64,000 nucleotides of DNA. It comes from Auanema rhodensis. Lineage: Eukaryota; Animalia; Nematoda. Below are positions 32,801 to 42,849 of the stretch, piece by piece (position 1 is the first letter of the stretch; every line of letters starts with the position of its first letter). The notes under the pieces were generated by a model. That model was not told the DNA's origin. It saw only the letters and a program-made list of their open reading frames with translations, and ran no database searches. The stretch covers positions 12,400,001 through 12,464,000 of the forward strand of contig OZ059895.1 of assembly GCA_964057225.1 (NCBI GenBank), in the 5' to 3' direction. The position numbers and the translations under genes are program-made.

Positions 32801-34809
32801 AAGCGCTTTCCTTACCGATTATAATAACTTCGACATATGCCGAAGAAATCAATAGTTGCAAGGACTCTAACATGTTCACCACAAAACTTATAGCGAATCC
32901 TCATTGCTCCCCAGAAATGGCAACATGGACAGTGATAATAACCATTATGGCCGTTACCCTCATAGTCTCTTGTCTATGCCGCATGGGTTACAACCAATAT
33001 AGATATAAGACATGGTCCAGAAACACTCAAACCATGCTCAACATCATGAAATTAAAACATAAAACAATCTCCGAACAAGAAGATCATGAAACTGATCAAA
33101 AAATAACAGAAGAACACAATGATACGTTGCAATTAAAACAAACGAACACACAAGACGCTAATATTGTGGATCATGAAACCGTTCAAAAGCATATTTACCC
33201 TATTTTAAACCATACGAGAAAGCCACCAAAATTCTCTCTCTTTACTAGAGGGTCGCAAACATCTTTACCATCGTTACTGGCAATCATCTTGGCTTTATGT
33301 ATTGGAAGCTGCAGTTCATGTTCCGATGTTCACGTTCAACACTTCGTTAACATACGATGCGATGACAACTTAGCTTGTTATCACGAATACAGTCAAGATA
33401 TCATATTTTCTCCCGGAACAAAACAATTATGCATTACCATAACGCATTCTAATCATGAAATTGGTCAATTTAAAATAACTAAACTATATACTGAACATGT
33501 CTGCCAGAAGAATACTAGATACTTCACTAGACAGACAACCGTCAACATATTGAGCATATTACGATGCCGTCACCGGGGCTCGTGTGACGGAACATGTGAA
33601 ACTAACTCGCTTCATAATAAAATCGAGGAACTACAACCATATACGTTCCCTTCACAATCAGGTTGCTTCACATCGTCAGCGAGATTTTACACATGTCCTA
33701 TGATTTGGACAGATCCGTGCCTTTTCTACAAAATAGAGCATATACCCGTCACTGAGGAATTATACGAAGTCTATACTTGTGATAGTTGGTCCACCCAAAC
33801 CGTATTTAATATAGAAACAACATTACTCCAGCAGAAAAATAATTACAATATCACTCTACAACCTTACACGAAAAATCGTGAACAACTTTTCAATATAACA
33901 ACGTTATCACAATCACAACCTCCTCCAGAAATGTACACAAAATTATTTTTTTCCTCCAAAGAAAACACGTACATCACGGATATACACACAAAGGGAATAA
34001 TTCAATGTGCAACAGAGGAAGCCGCATTAAAACATTTTAATAACTGTACAGTATCCTCATTCTGCCCTTGCACATTCAATAGATTTGATGAAATAAAATG
34101 TAGGTGTGATACCCCTACTTTTGAAAAAATGTCCAATACATCAGACATAACATCTCCTAACCAAAACTTTAAAACTAAAGATAACACGTTATCATTCTCT
34201 ACGAATTTAGACGAAAATTTAGTTACGGTCGATTCATCCCTATTCTTAAACTCAGTGATTTTCTCCAACAATTTGCCTTGCGCACCTGCCCTGACAAAAC
34301 TATCAGGTTGCTACTCCTGCGGGCAGGGTGCATTCGCAGAATTCCAATGCCTTACGGCAGAAGAAACATGGATTTCTATCGAATGTCAAAAAGAAGTATT
34401 CATGATAAAATGCTCTCCAAAAGTAGCAATCACAAAAGTAACAATGAAAAGAGAAAATTCTCAGATTGATGAATTATGCCATACCACATGCGACAATAAA
34501 AAAATTAAGATCATTATTAAAGGAATATTACATCACATAGCAAGCATAGATGAAATAAACGAAAGTGACTCAAGTAAGGGTACAGAATCCAAATCCATTG
34601 ACTTTGCCCCAATCTTCAAGTTAATTTTATCAAAGTTGGGAATCATATTGATAGGCGTTGCAATAACTGCCACCATAGGATATGTGGCATGTACACCCAT
34701 CATGTACTGTGTAGTTTTGAATACAGTCTTAACCACACAATGGATAGCTACCAGGATATTCACACTGTGGATAAAATCAAAAGCCTTATTTCTGGATCAA
34801 AGATTTTAA
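26878..34809 (+). CDS. gag-pol-env: BEL Gag-PR-RT-RNaseH-IN-Env polyprotein (2643 aa, uninterrupted)
   Basis: Gag LPTFDG..F..FW; three zinc knuckles (CVFC..H..C, CWIC..H..C, CRNC..H..C); PR LIDEGS; RT PHHGV, RIVFDAS, RLPFG, YVDN; RH FADAS, IPRLEL, SDS, ADIGSRG; IN H-H-C-C, DLMGP, SDCA, WERLVG; Gc from 33319 with GCYSC..GA and a C-terminal TM. Confidence 0.95.
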   Translation: MSLLFVNHIKQSNQFLGELLTRYEMEVKDLPGILVDCDFHTEEEEETLSCLIIRWTKVQHQFKESLKNHQDNEKKFQKFYEASDKTLRKALDEQYIAFTSDEDFEPNIKKVQNAIIELDEHIMKAERILRKLRKTLHKNESEHNSNCSTENNDTENKSNDQFLEIIKSFLHIQQTSIQKPAMSLPTFDGKPENFKSFWGRFDRLVHDNEQFTTLEKVNLLCESLKGNSQIAIRGIEPSAQNYELMREALVSEFGDYSSDINSLLTQLHNLRFASNNAKACKETFGETKALIRQIEAAGATVSREMCTAMILNKFPYHIVEDILIHPNNYHSTKEMLAAVDHKIYSFILKEQTRNSHEQKFRNHKDNVTSVSHKDSTAEQRKTQTWPCVFCDSSEHRFYQCTTFETPEKRRYRIRGKAICWICFSDKHKSSECRKQKCRNCQGDHNSALCSQGRKSVQNIQKDKETPTIKKDQALLITTEELLNKKTTEYKQDSDTNNRIPTEALNAPVSLNHIADTHNIEESQVILRTAMANIYNHNSKKYEQVRMLIDEGSMRSFISKDLSTKLGLPILGSQKKTFYGIGALSETHEVQDVKVIIGTSSGSLIVTKLFTKPMLTTPIRCPKLSKEDLKFIKTRKIKLANPQTNGELFTPDILIGMDRYKLFMHLNEETELPSRMRLKNSVFDHMIHGEAPLPDDNTQQEVILCSTVEEITKETCHKELLTNLFELDSIGINTENANADRTIDYYEEYSKYIKIENNRIIAPFPLKNNFKNLKNNKMPAYHRFVSLWRKLLHNPEMLSHYTTTIESYLKDNIVEQIPNNHQEPLEFYMPHHGVWKPSKANPLRIVFDASAKQKDSPSLNEIIHTGRSFITYIHDIMISCRTRPILITCDIKAAFLQIQLTENHKNLCKFFWIKNKEYPISHNNIITLRFNRLPFGITASPSVLNMGIKWFLESKVDNPLAMEILNNLYVDNIILTANTTAEAIKKCKETQKLFTEINMHVREFLSNDEQVIQNLNEEDRYPNMTTKILGISFNKEHDSFIIPIKITTTHTSYTKRILLSQLHSIFDPIGLAAPLLLPLKLILREIINTKLSWDQPIESDNIKQWEQHINHINNQQLTMRRYFKFSEHTTQLWVFADASNQAMAACSYFQTNEQISSLLNGKSRIAPKNKTTIPRLELLAIRLAVRMALAIVTICPKVAKVNIVSDSNIALSWIISLKSLPLFIKNQTNIINKQLHQIKQVCCNVELHHVQTSYNTADIGSRGADIEKLQDSDWIKGPHWLTKLSAHNPLTSFGSPKNSNRNNAESESEHHNVVHIIIDNLPTDDIWNIRENYDDVIKTMTTVGKLFKKWFLKVHPNNANKLQKTKHLTSTDTHTVEDINIIEKILISNSQSNMSLDDLQQRHINLKFFKDTWDIYRVRSRLQNTLLPEETKNPIFLLKTNPIVKKLINKIHKDNNHQGKHFTLIQLRQKFYIPKITGVIRQTLKNCVTCKRFQSHPYELPDMPSLPKDRAILTRAFFSTGCDLMGPFTLRNGSKVHICLFTCMTTRAIHLEVVTNQSTVAFMNAFNRFISRRGTPEIMRSDCAGNFILSSKILETLEKTSDYNERSLLNTLAQQKIKWIYNTPLSPWKGGCWERLVGVTKASLKKCFIPSRMSLDDLHTAIVKIEAIINTRPLTHPHPDNLDTLPIRPIDFLTSAIKFSLPENNADTHIFDIHSDIQTIQSTEQALEALQLSEDSASKFWKRFQEEYLTSLKDIFKHKHHRKNHTNIFPQPDEIVLIQNDMLPRGTWKLGRIIETITSSDGNIRSAKVATSNGNIIIRSINQLYPLEIRCNTNSNKFIEDNSHIVQENNSSTDRTPHTDIVLDNILFDHPIEHTDQTIHENNNINDVSHNYDIAYESDNSQHDNTYTPETENNEDATNDRPQNKTKQSAVKTAKYTEQDDVTEKEIIKAFPLKMSYATHQRKNKINPKVAADIMKALSLPIIITSTYAEEINSCKDSNMFTTKLIANPHCSPEMATWTVIITIMAVTLIVSCLCRMGYNQYRYKTWSRNTQTMLNIMKLKHKTISEQEDHETDQKITEEHNDTLQLKQTNTQDANIVDHETVQKHIYPILNHTRKPPKFSLFTRGSQTSLPSLLAIILALCIGSCSSCSDVHVQHFVNIRCDDNLACYHEYSQDIIFSPGTKQLCITITHSNHEIGQFKITKLYTEHVCQKNTRYFTRQTTVNILSILRCRHRGSCDGTCETNSLHNKIEELQPYTFPSQSGCFTSSARFYTCPMIWTDPCLFYKIEHIPVTEELYEVYTCDSWSTQTVFNIETTLLQQKNNYNITLQPYTKNREQLFNITTLSQSQPPPEMYTKLFFSSKENTYITDIHTKGIIQCATEEAALKHFNNCTVSSFCPCTFNRFDEIKCRCDTPTFEKMSNTSDITSPNQNFKTKDNTLSFSTNLDENLVTVDSSLFLNSVIFSNNLPCAPALTKLSGCYSCGQGAFAEFQCLTAEETWISIECQKEVFMIKCSPKVAITKVTMKRENSQIDELCHTTCDNKKIKIIIKGILHHIASIDEINESDSSKGTESKSIDFAPIFKLILSKLGIILIGVAITATIGYVACTPIMYCVVLNTVLTTQWIATRIFTLWIKSKALFLDQRF

Positions 34810-35111
34810 AAGCATAAGAGAAGAATTTCTTGTGGAGATAAAATTTAAAATTAAAAATTGAAATAATAATGAAACAAAAGAAAAAGAAAGCATTATGTAC
34901 GAATATAACCATTGTAATAAAACAATATCATAGTTTTTCTTTCTTTTCAATTTATGGTAGTATCAAGTTTCTTTTATCCAACTCAGTTACATAACACATA
35001 ACCTTTTGTACAGGCTCTAAAATTCATTGTATCTGTAACAAGATAACCTAAACACACCATTGTGCAATGAACTAATAGATGATAATCAGCGTTTAAAGTC
35101 CAGATGTGAAC

Positions 35112-35618
35112 ATGTATATAAGGATGCAGCTCATGTCTTTCCTATATTCCATGAAAATGGAAGATATTGTCTTGAATATAATTGAGAATGCTTCTTTTGA
35201 GGAAGAGCTCAAAAAATATTCCCATCTACCTAACACTGCTGCCAATCTGAGGCAACTAATTGTGCTTGAAAAGAGGCTCTACGAGCACCTAGCTAGCGCG
35301 GTGAACCATCTATCCGAACGACTGGACAATATTCAACATTCGTTAAATCTGAAACTAGACAATTTGACCATTCAGACTGCTCCTAAAGCTTCATGTGTAT
35401 TCTGCAATAAACCGACAGCTGATGGGCACCGTACTGCGGCCTGTCCGATTTATCCTTCCTCACCGGAACGCACTCTCCGTCTTCATGAACTGGGGTTATG
35501 CATCAGATGTTTGAATCAAAAACATCCAGCGATATGCGAGGTATCCTGCTATAGATGTAAGGCGGATACGCATCATGGAGTGGTTTGTGGAGATATAAAA
35601 CGTAAAAGACCTTTGTAG
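35112..35618 (+). CDS. BEL 3' accessory ORF: coiled coil + three Gag-like zinc knuckles + basic C-terminus
   Basis: CVFC(x7)H(x4)C, CIRC..H..C, CYRC..H..C, ending KRKRPL. The start is uncertain (frame opens at 35097; could be reached by splicing). Confidence 0.75.
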   Translation: MYIRMQLMSFLYSMKMEDIVLNIIENASFEEELKKYSHLPNTAANLRQLIVLEKRLYEHLASAVNHLSERLDNIQHSLNLKLDNLTIQTAPKASCVFCNKPTADGHRTAACPIYPSSPERTLRLHELGLCIRCLNQKHPAICEVSCYRCKADTHHGVVCGDIKRKRPL

Positions 35619-35648
35619 GCCTTCTTCTCATTCCCGCATTGCCGGGAG

Positions 35649-35997
35649 TGTCGCGATAAGCGAGTGAGTTTGTATAATTTTTTTATCTTCAACAATTGTT
35701 TTATTTGTTTCTCCTGTTCTCTCTCTCTCTCTCTCTCTCTCTCTTCTTTCTTCTTTCTTCTAACTTCCTAAGTAATTTTTATCCATACCACATGTTGTGT
35801 TATACATGTGGCATGACTAACTCTTTGTTTCAGGCTGACGACCGCCCACGAGAAGAGATCAGTCTTACTTTTTCAACGTTCGCAGTCAGTGATTTTATTC
35901 CGTGCTTGTCTTGTTAATTCATCAATAAACCCTTTTCTACATATTCGCTTTGTGTTTTACTTCCAACCATACTATACACTTGTGGTATAACGCCACA
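35649..35997 (+). repeat. BEL 3' LTR (349 bp) with (TC)13
   Basis: Direct repeat of the 5' LTR, followed by ACGAG and the 5S upstream region. Confidence 0.95.
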
Positions 35998-36038
35998 ACG
36001 AGGATAAGTATGTAAATCATTGAATATCAGATATTTTT

Positions 36039-36157
36039 GCTTACGACCATACCACGTTGAAAGTACGCCATCCCGTCCGATCTGGCAAGTCAAGCAACGT
36101 TGGGCCCGGTTAGTACTTGGATCGGAGACGGCTTGGGAATCCCGGGTGCCGTAAGCT
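36039..36157 (+). rRNA. 5S: 5S rRNA
   Basis: Full copy; +1 lies 42 nt after the BEL LTR end. Confidence 0.95.
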
Positions 36158-36586
36158 TTTCAAATTTTTTTAACGATCATACCACGTTGAAAGTACGCAA
36201 TGCAGCTGATTTTCAATTTTATCTCTTCAGTAACAAATGTTTTTAATTTTCCAGCAGTTTTACTTAGATAGCTCAACCCAAGGCATCAAAACAACCCAAG
36301 GCATCAAAATATCTTCAATCTTATTTCTATATTACAGTTATAAATCAGTAGTTTATGAACCTTCATCTTAACTTTACTGTTTCTATCTATTTCCTATTGA
36401 AACAAACATTGTTTAAACACTATACAACTGTGAAACCTTTTTTAATTTATTGTATTTGGATCTCATAAGATTTGATATCATCGAGGGATTTAGATGTAAC
36501 GTAGAAAATTACATAACTAACATGAAAATGGAAAAAAAAACAATAACGAGGATAAGTATGTAAATCATTGAATATCAGGTATTTTC

Positions 36587-36705
36587 GCTTACGACCATAC
36601 CACGTTGAAAGTACGCCATCCCGTCCGATCTGGCAAGTCAAGCAACGTTGGGCCCGGTTAGTACTTGGATCGGAGACGGCTTGGGAATCGCGGGTGCCGT
36701 AAGCT
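36587..36705 (+). rRNA. 5S: 5S rRNA (C104G)
   Basis: Full 119-nt copy. Confidence 0.92.
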
Positions 36706-37115
36706 TTTCAAATTTTTTTAACGATCATACCACGTTGAAAGTACGCCATGCAGCTGATTTTCAATTTTATCTCTTCAGTAAAAAATGTTTTTAATTTTCC
36801 AGCAGTTTTACTTAGATAGCTCAACCCAAGGCATCAAAATATCTTCAATCTTATTTCTATAATACAGTTATAAACCAGTAGTTTATGAACCTTCATCTTC
36901 ACTTTACTGTTTCTATCTATTTCCTATTGAAACAAACATTGTTTTAACACTATACAACTGTCAAACCTTTTTTAATTTATTGTATTTGGATCTCATAAGA
37001 TTTGATATCATCGAGGGATTTAGATGTAACGTAGAAAATTACATAACTAACATGAAAATGGAAAAAAAACAATAACGAGGATAAGTATGTAAATCATTGA
37101 ATATCAGGTATTTTC

Positions 37116-37234
37116 GCTTACGACCATACCACGTTGAAAGTACGCCATCCCGTCCGATCTGGCAAGTCAAGCAACGTTGGGCCCGGTTAGTACTTGGATC
37201 GGAGACGGCTTGGGAATCCCGGGTGCCGTAAGCT
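37116..37234 (+). rRNA. 5S: 5S rRNA
   Basis: Full 119-nt copy. Confidence 0.95.
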
Positions 37235-37662
37235 TTTCAAATTTTTTTAACGATCATACCACGTTGAAAGTACGCAATGCAGCTGATTTTCAATTTTATC
37301 TCTTCAGTAACAAATGTTTTTAATTTTCCAGCAGTTTTACTTAGATAGCTCAACCCAAGGCATCAAAACAACCAAAGGCATCAAAATATCTTCAATCTTA
37401 TTTCTATATTACAGTTATAAATCAGTAGTTTATGAACCTTCATCTTAACTTTACTGTTTCTATCTATTTCCTATTGAAACAAACATTGTTTAAACACTAT
37501 ACAACTGTGAAACCTTTTTTAATTTATTGTATTTGGATCTCATAAGATTTGATATCATCGAGGGATTTAGATGTAACGTAGAAAATTACATAACTAACAT
37601 GAAAATGGAAAAAAAACAATAACGAGGATAAGTATGTAAATCATTGAATATCAGGTATTTTC

Positions 37663-37781
37663 GCTTACGACCATACCACGTTGAAAGTACGCCATCCCGT
37701 CCGATCTGGCAAGTCAAGCAACGTTGGGCCCGGTTAGTACTTGGATCGGAGACGGCTTGGGAATCCCGGGTGCCGTAAGCT
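37663..37781 (+). rRNA. 5S: 5S rRNA
   Basis: Full 119-nt copy. Confidence 0.95.
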
Positions 37782-38209
37782 TTTCAAATTTTTTTAACGA
37801 TCATACCACGTTGAAAGTACGCAATGCAGCTGATTTTCAATTTTATCTCTTCAGTAACAAATGTTTTTAATTTTCCAGCAGTTTTACTTAGATAGCTCAA
37901 CCCAAGGCATCAAAACAACCAAAGGCATCAAAATATCTTCAATCTTATTTCTATAATACAGTTATAAACCAGTAGTTTATGAACCTTCATCTTAACTTTA
38001 CTGTTTCTATCTATTTCCTATTGAAACAAACATTGTTTAAACACTATACAACTGTGAAACCTTTTTTAATTTATTGTATTTGGATCTCATAAGATTTGAT
38101 ATCATCGAGGGATTTAGATGTAACGTAGAAAATTACATAACTAACATGAAAATGGAAAAAAAACAATAACGAGGATAAGTATGTAAATCATTGAATATCA
38201 GGTATTTTC

Positions 38210-38328
38210 GCTTACGACCATACCACGTTGAAAGTACGCCATCCCGTCCGATCTGGCAAGTCAAGCAACGTTGGGCCCGGTTAGTACTTGGATCGGAGAC
38301 GGCTTGGGAATCCCGGGTGCCGTAAGCT
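38210..38328 (+). rRNA. 5S: 5S rRNA
   Basis: Full 119-nt copy. Confidence 0.95.
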
Positions 38329-38739
38329 TTTCAAATTTTTTTAACGATCATACCACGTTGAAAGTACGCAATGCAGCTGATTTTCAATTTTATCTCTTCA
38401 GTAACAAATGTTTTTAATTTTCCAGCAGTTTTACTTAGATAGCTCAACCCAAGGCATCAAAATATCTTCAATCTTATTTCTATAATACAGTTATAAACCA
38501 GTAGTTTATGAACCTTCATCTTAACTTTACTGTTTCTATCTATTTCCTATTGAAACAAACATTGTTTTAACACTATACAACTGTCAAACCTTTTTTAATT
38601 TATTGTATTTGGATCTCATAAGATTTGATATCATCGAGGAATTCAGATGTAACGTAGAAAATTACATAACTAACATGAAATTGGAAAAAAAAACAATAAC
38701 GAGGATAAGTATGTAAATCATTGAATATCAGGTATTTTC

Positions 38740-38858
38740 GCTTACGACCATACCACGTTGAAAGTACGCCATCCCGTCCGATCTGGCAAGTCAAGCAACG
38801 TTGGGCCCGGTTAGTACTTAGATCGGAGACGGCTTGGGAATCCCGGGTGCCGTAAGCT
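38740..38858 (+). rRNA. 5S: 5S rRNA (G81A)
   Basis: Full 119-nt copy. Confidence 0.93.
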
Positions 38859-39667
38859 TTTCAAATTTTTTTAACGATCATACCACGTTGAAAGTACGCC
38901 ATGCAGCTGATTTTCAATTTTATCTCTTCAGTAACAAGTGTTTTTAATTTTCCAGCAGTTTTACTTAGATAGCTCAACCCAAGGCATCAAAATATCTTCA
39001 ATCTTATTTCTATATTACAGTTATAAATCAGTAGTTTATGAGCCTTCATCTTTACTTTACTGTTTCTATCTATTTCTTATTGAAACAAACATTGTTTTAA
39101 CACTATACAACTGTGAAACCTTTTTTAATTTATTGTATTTGGAGCTCATAAGATTTGATATCATCGAGGAATTTAGATGTAACGTAGAAAATTACATAAC
39201 TAACATGAAATTGGAAAAAAAACAATAACGAGGATAAGTATGTAAATAATTGAATATCAGATTTTTTCGCTTACGACCATACCACGTTGAAAGTACGCAA
39301 TGCAGCTGATTTTCAATTTTATCTCTTCCGTAACAAATGTTTTTAATTTTCCAGCAGTTTTACTTAGATAGCTCAACCCAAGGCATCAAAATATCTTCAA
39401 TCTTTTTTGTATATTACAGTTATAAACCAGTAGTTTATGAACCTTCATCTTAACTTTACTGTTTCTATCTATTTCCTATTGAAACAAACATTGTTTAAAC
39501 ACTATACAACTGTGAAACCTTTTTTAATTTATTGTATTTGGATCTCATAAGATTTGATATCATCGAGGAATTCAGATGTAACGTAGAAAATTACATAACT
39601 AACATGAAATTGGAAAAAAAACAATAACGAGGATAAGTATGTAAATCATTGAATATCAGGTATTTTC

Positions 39668-39786
39668 GCTTACGACCATACCACGTTGAAAGTACGCCAT
39701 CCCGTCCGATCTGGCAAGTCAAGCAACGTTGGGCCCGGTTAGTACTTAGATCGGAGACGGCTTGGGAATCCCGGGTGCCGTAAGCT
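39668..39786 (+). rRNA. 5S: 5S rRNA (G81A)
   Basis: Full 119-nt copy. Confidence 0.93.
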
Positions 39787-40196
39787 TTTCAAATTTTTTT
39801 AACGATCATACCACGTTGAAAGTACGCCATGCAGCTGATTTTCAATTTTATCTCTTCAGTAACAAATGTTTTTAATTTTCCAGCAGTTTTACTTAGATAG
39901 CTCAACCCAAGGCATCAAAATATCTTCAATCTTATTTCTATAATACAGTTATAAACCAGTAGTTTATGAACCTTCATCTTAACTTTACTGTTTCTATCTA
40001 TTTCCTATTGAAACAAACATTGTTTTAACACTATACAACTGTGAAACCTTTTTTAATTTATTGTATTTGGAGCTCATAAGATTTGATATCATCGAGGAAT
40101 TCAGATGTAACGTAGAAAATTACATAACTAACATGAAATTGGAAAAAAAACAATAACGAGGATAAGTATGTAAATCATTGAATATCAGATATTTTT

Positions 40197-40315
40197 GCTT
40201 ACGACCATACCACGTTGAAAGTACGCCATCCCGTCCGATCTGGCAAGTCAAGCAACGTTGGGCCCGGTTAGTACTTGGATCGGAGACGGCTTGGGAATCC
40301 CGGGTGCCGTAAGCT
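40197..40315 (+). rRNA. 5S: 5S rRNA
   Basis: Full 119-nt copy. Confidence 0.95.
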
Positions 40316-40743
40316 TTTCAAATTTTTTTAACGATCATACCACGTTGAAAGTACGCAATGCAGCTGATTTTCAATTTTATCTCTTCAGTAACAAATGTTT
40401 TTAATTTTCCAGCAGTTTTACTTAGATAGCTCAACCCAAGGCATCAAAACAACCCAAGGCATCAAAATATCTTCAATCTTATTTCTATATTACAGTTATA
40501 AATCAGTAGTTTATGAACCTTCATCTTAACTTTACTGTTTCTATCTATTTCCTATTGAAACAAACATTGTTTTAACACTATACAACTGTGAAACCTTTTT
40601 TAATTTATTGTATTTGGAGCTCATAAGATTTGATATCATCGAGGAATTCAGATGTAACGTAGAAAATTACATAACTAACATGAAATTGGAAAAAAAACAA
40701 TAACGAGGATAAGTATGTAAATCATTGAATATCAGGTATTTTC

Positions 40744-40862
40744 GCTTACGACCATACCACGTTGAAAGTACGCCATCCCGTCCGATCTGGCAAGTCAAGC
40801 AACGTTGGGCCCGGTTAGTACTTAGATCGGAGACGGCTTGGGAATCCCGGGTGCCGTAAGCT
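40744..40862 (+). rRNA. 5S: 5S rRNA (G81A)
   Basis: Full 119-nt copy. Confidence 0.93.
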
Positions 40863-41272
40863 TTTCAAATTTTTTTAACGATCATACCACGTTGAAAGTA
40901 CGCCATGCAGCTGATTTTCAATTTTATCTCTTCAGTAACAAGTGTTTTTAATTTTCCAGCAGTTTTACTTAGATAGCTCAACCCAAGGCATCAAAATATC
41001 TTCAATCTTATTTCTATATTACAGTTATAAATCAGTAGTTTATGAGCCTTCATCTTAACTTTACTGTTTCTATCTATTTCTTATTGAAACAAACATTGTT
41101 TCAACACTATACAACTGTGAAACCTTTTTTAATTTATTGTATTTGGAGCTCATAAGATTTGATATCATCGAGGAATTTAGATGTAACGTAGAAAATTACA
41201 TAACTAACATGAAATTGGAAAAAAAACAATAACGAGGATAAGTATGTAAATAATTGAATATCAGATTTTTTC

Positions 41273-41391
41273 GCTTACGACCATACCACGTTGAAAGTAC
41301 GCCATCCCGTCCGATCTGGCAAGTCAAGCAACGTTGGGCCCGGTTAGTACTTGGATCGGAGACGGCTTGGGAATCCCGGGTGCCGTAAGCT
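41273..41391 (+). rRNA. 5S: 5S rRNA
   Basis: Full 119-nt copy. Confidence 0.95.
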
Positions 41392-41802
41392 TTTCAAATT
41401 TTTTTAACGATCATACCACGTTGAAAGTACGCAATGCAGCTGATTTTCAATTTTATCTCTTCAGTAACAAATGTTTTTAATTTTCCAGCAGTTTTACTTA
41501 GATAGCTCAACCCAAGGCATCAAAATATCTTCAATCTTATTTCTATAATACAGTTATAAACCAGTAGTTTATGAACCTTCATCTTAACTTTACTGTTTCT
41601 ATCTATTTCCTATTGAAACAAACATTGTTTTAACACTATACAACTGTCAAACCTTTTTTAATTTATTGTATTTGGAGCTCATAAGATTTGATATCATCGA
41701 GGAATTCAGATGTAACGTAGAAAATTACATAACTAACATGAAATTGGAAAAAAAAACAATAACGAGGATAAGTATGTAAATCATTGAATATCAGGTATTT
41801 TC

Positions 41803-41921
41803 GCTTACGACCATACCACGTTGAAAGTACGCCATCCCGTCCGATCTGGCAAGTCAAGCAACGTTGGGCCCGGTTAGTACTTAGATCGGAGACGGCTTGG
41901 GAATCCCGGGTGCCGTAAGCT
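41803..41921 (+). rRNA. 5S: 5S rRNA (G81A)
   Basis: Full 119-nt copy. Confidence 0.93.
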
Positions 41922-42730
41922 TTTCAAATTTTTTTAACGATCATACCACGTTGAAAGTACGCCATGCAGCTGATTTTCAATTTTATCTCTTCAGTAACAA
42001 GTGTTTTTAATTTTCCAGCAGTTTTACTTAGATAGCTCAACCCAAGGCATCAAAATATCTTCAATCTTATTTCTATATTACAGTTATAAATCAGTAGTTT
42101 ATGAGCCTTCATCTTTACTTTACTGTTTCTATCTATTTCTTATTGAAACAAACATTGTTTTAACACTATACAACTGTGAAACCTTTTTTAATTTATTGTA
42201 TTTGGAGCTCATAAGATTTGATATCATCGAGGAATTTAGATGTAACGTAGAAAATTACATAACTAACATGAAATTGGAAAAAAAACAATAACGAGGATAA
42301 GTATGTAAATAATTGAATATCAGATTTTTTCGCTTACGACCATACCACGTTGAAAGTAAGCAATGCAGCTGATTTTCAATTTTATCTCTTCCGTAACAAA
42401 TGTTTTTAATTTTCCAGCAGTTTTACTTAGATAGCTCAACCCAAGGCATCAAAATATCTTCAATCTTTTTTGTATATTACAGTTATAAACCATTAGTTTA
42501 TGAACCTTCATCTTAACTTTACTGTTTCTATCTATTTCCTATTGAAACAAACATTGTTTAAACACTATACAACTGTGAAACCTTTTTTAATTTATTGTAT
42601 TTGGATCTCATAAGATTTGATATCATCGAGGAATTCAGATGTAACGTAGAAAATTACATAACTAACATGAAATTGGAAAAAAAACAATAACGAGGATAAG
42701 TACGTAAATCATTGAATATCAGGTATTTTC

Positions 42731-42849
42731 GCTTACGACCATACCACGTTGAAAGTACGCCATCCCGTCCGATCTGGCAAGTCAAGCAACGTTGGGCCCG
42801 GTTAGTACTTAGATCGGAGACGGCTTGGGAATCCCGGATGCCGTAAGCT
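42731..42849 (+). rRNA. 5S: 5S rRNA (G81A, G108A)
   Basis: Full 119-nt copy. Confidence 0.92.

Larger units (their letters stand above)
26224..35997 (+). mobile_element. BEL/Pao (Belpaoviridae) LTR retroelement / endogenous virus with phlebovirus-like env
   Basis: TG..CA LTRs, TSD ACGAG (26219-26223 / 35998-36002), tRNA-Gly PBS, short purine tract (GGGAG) before the 3' LTR and one 2643-aa ORF. Confidence 0.96.

Noticed and set aside
11162-34763. Short antisense or alternate-frame ORFs overlapping the two polyproteins
   Set aside because: They are shadows of long A-rich coding frames with no recognisable motifs.
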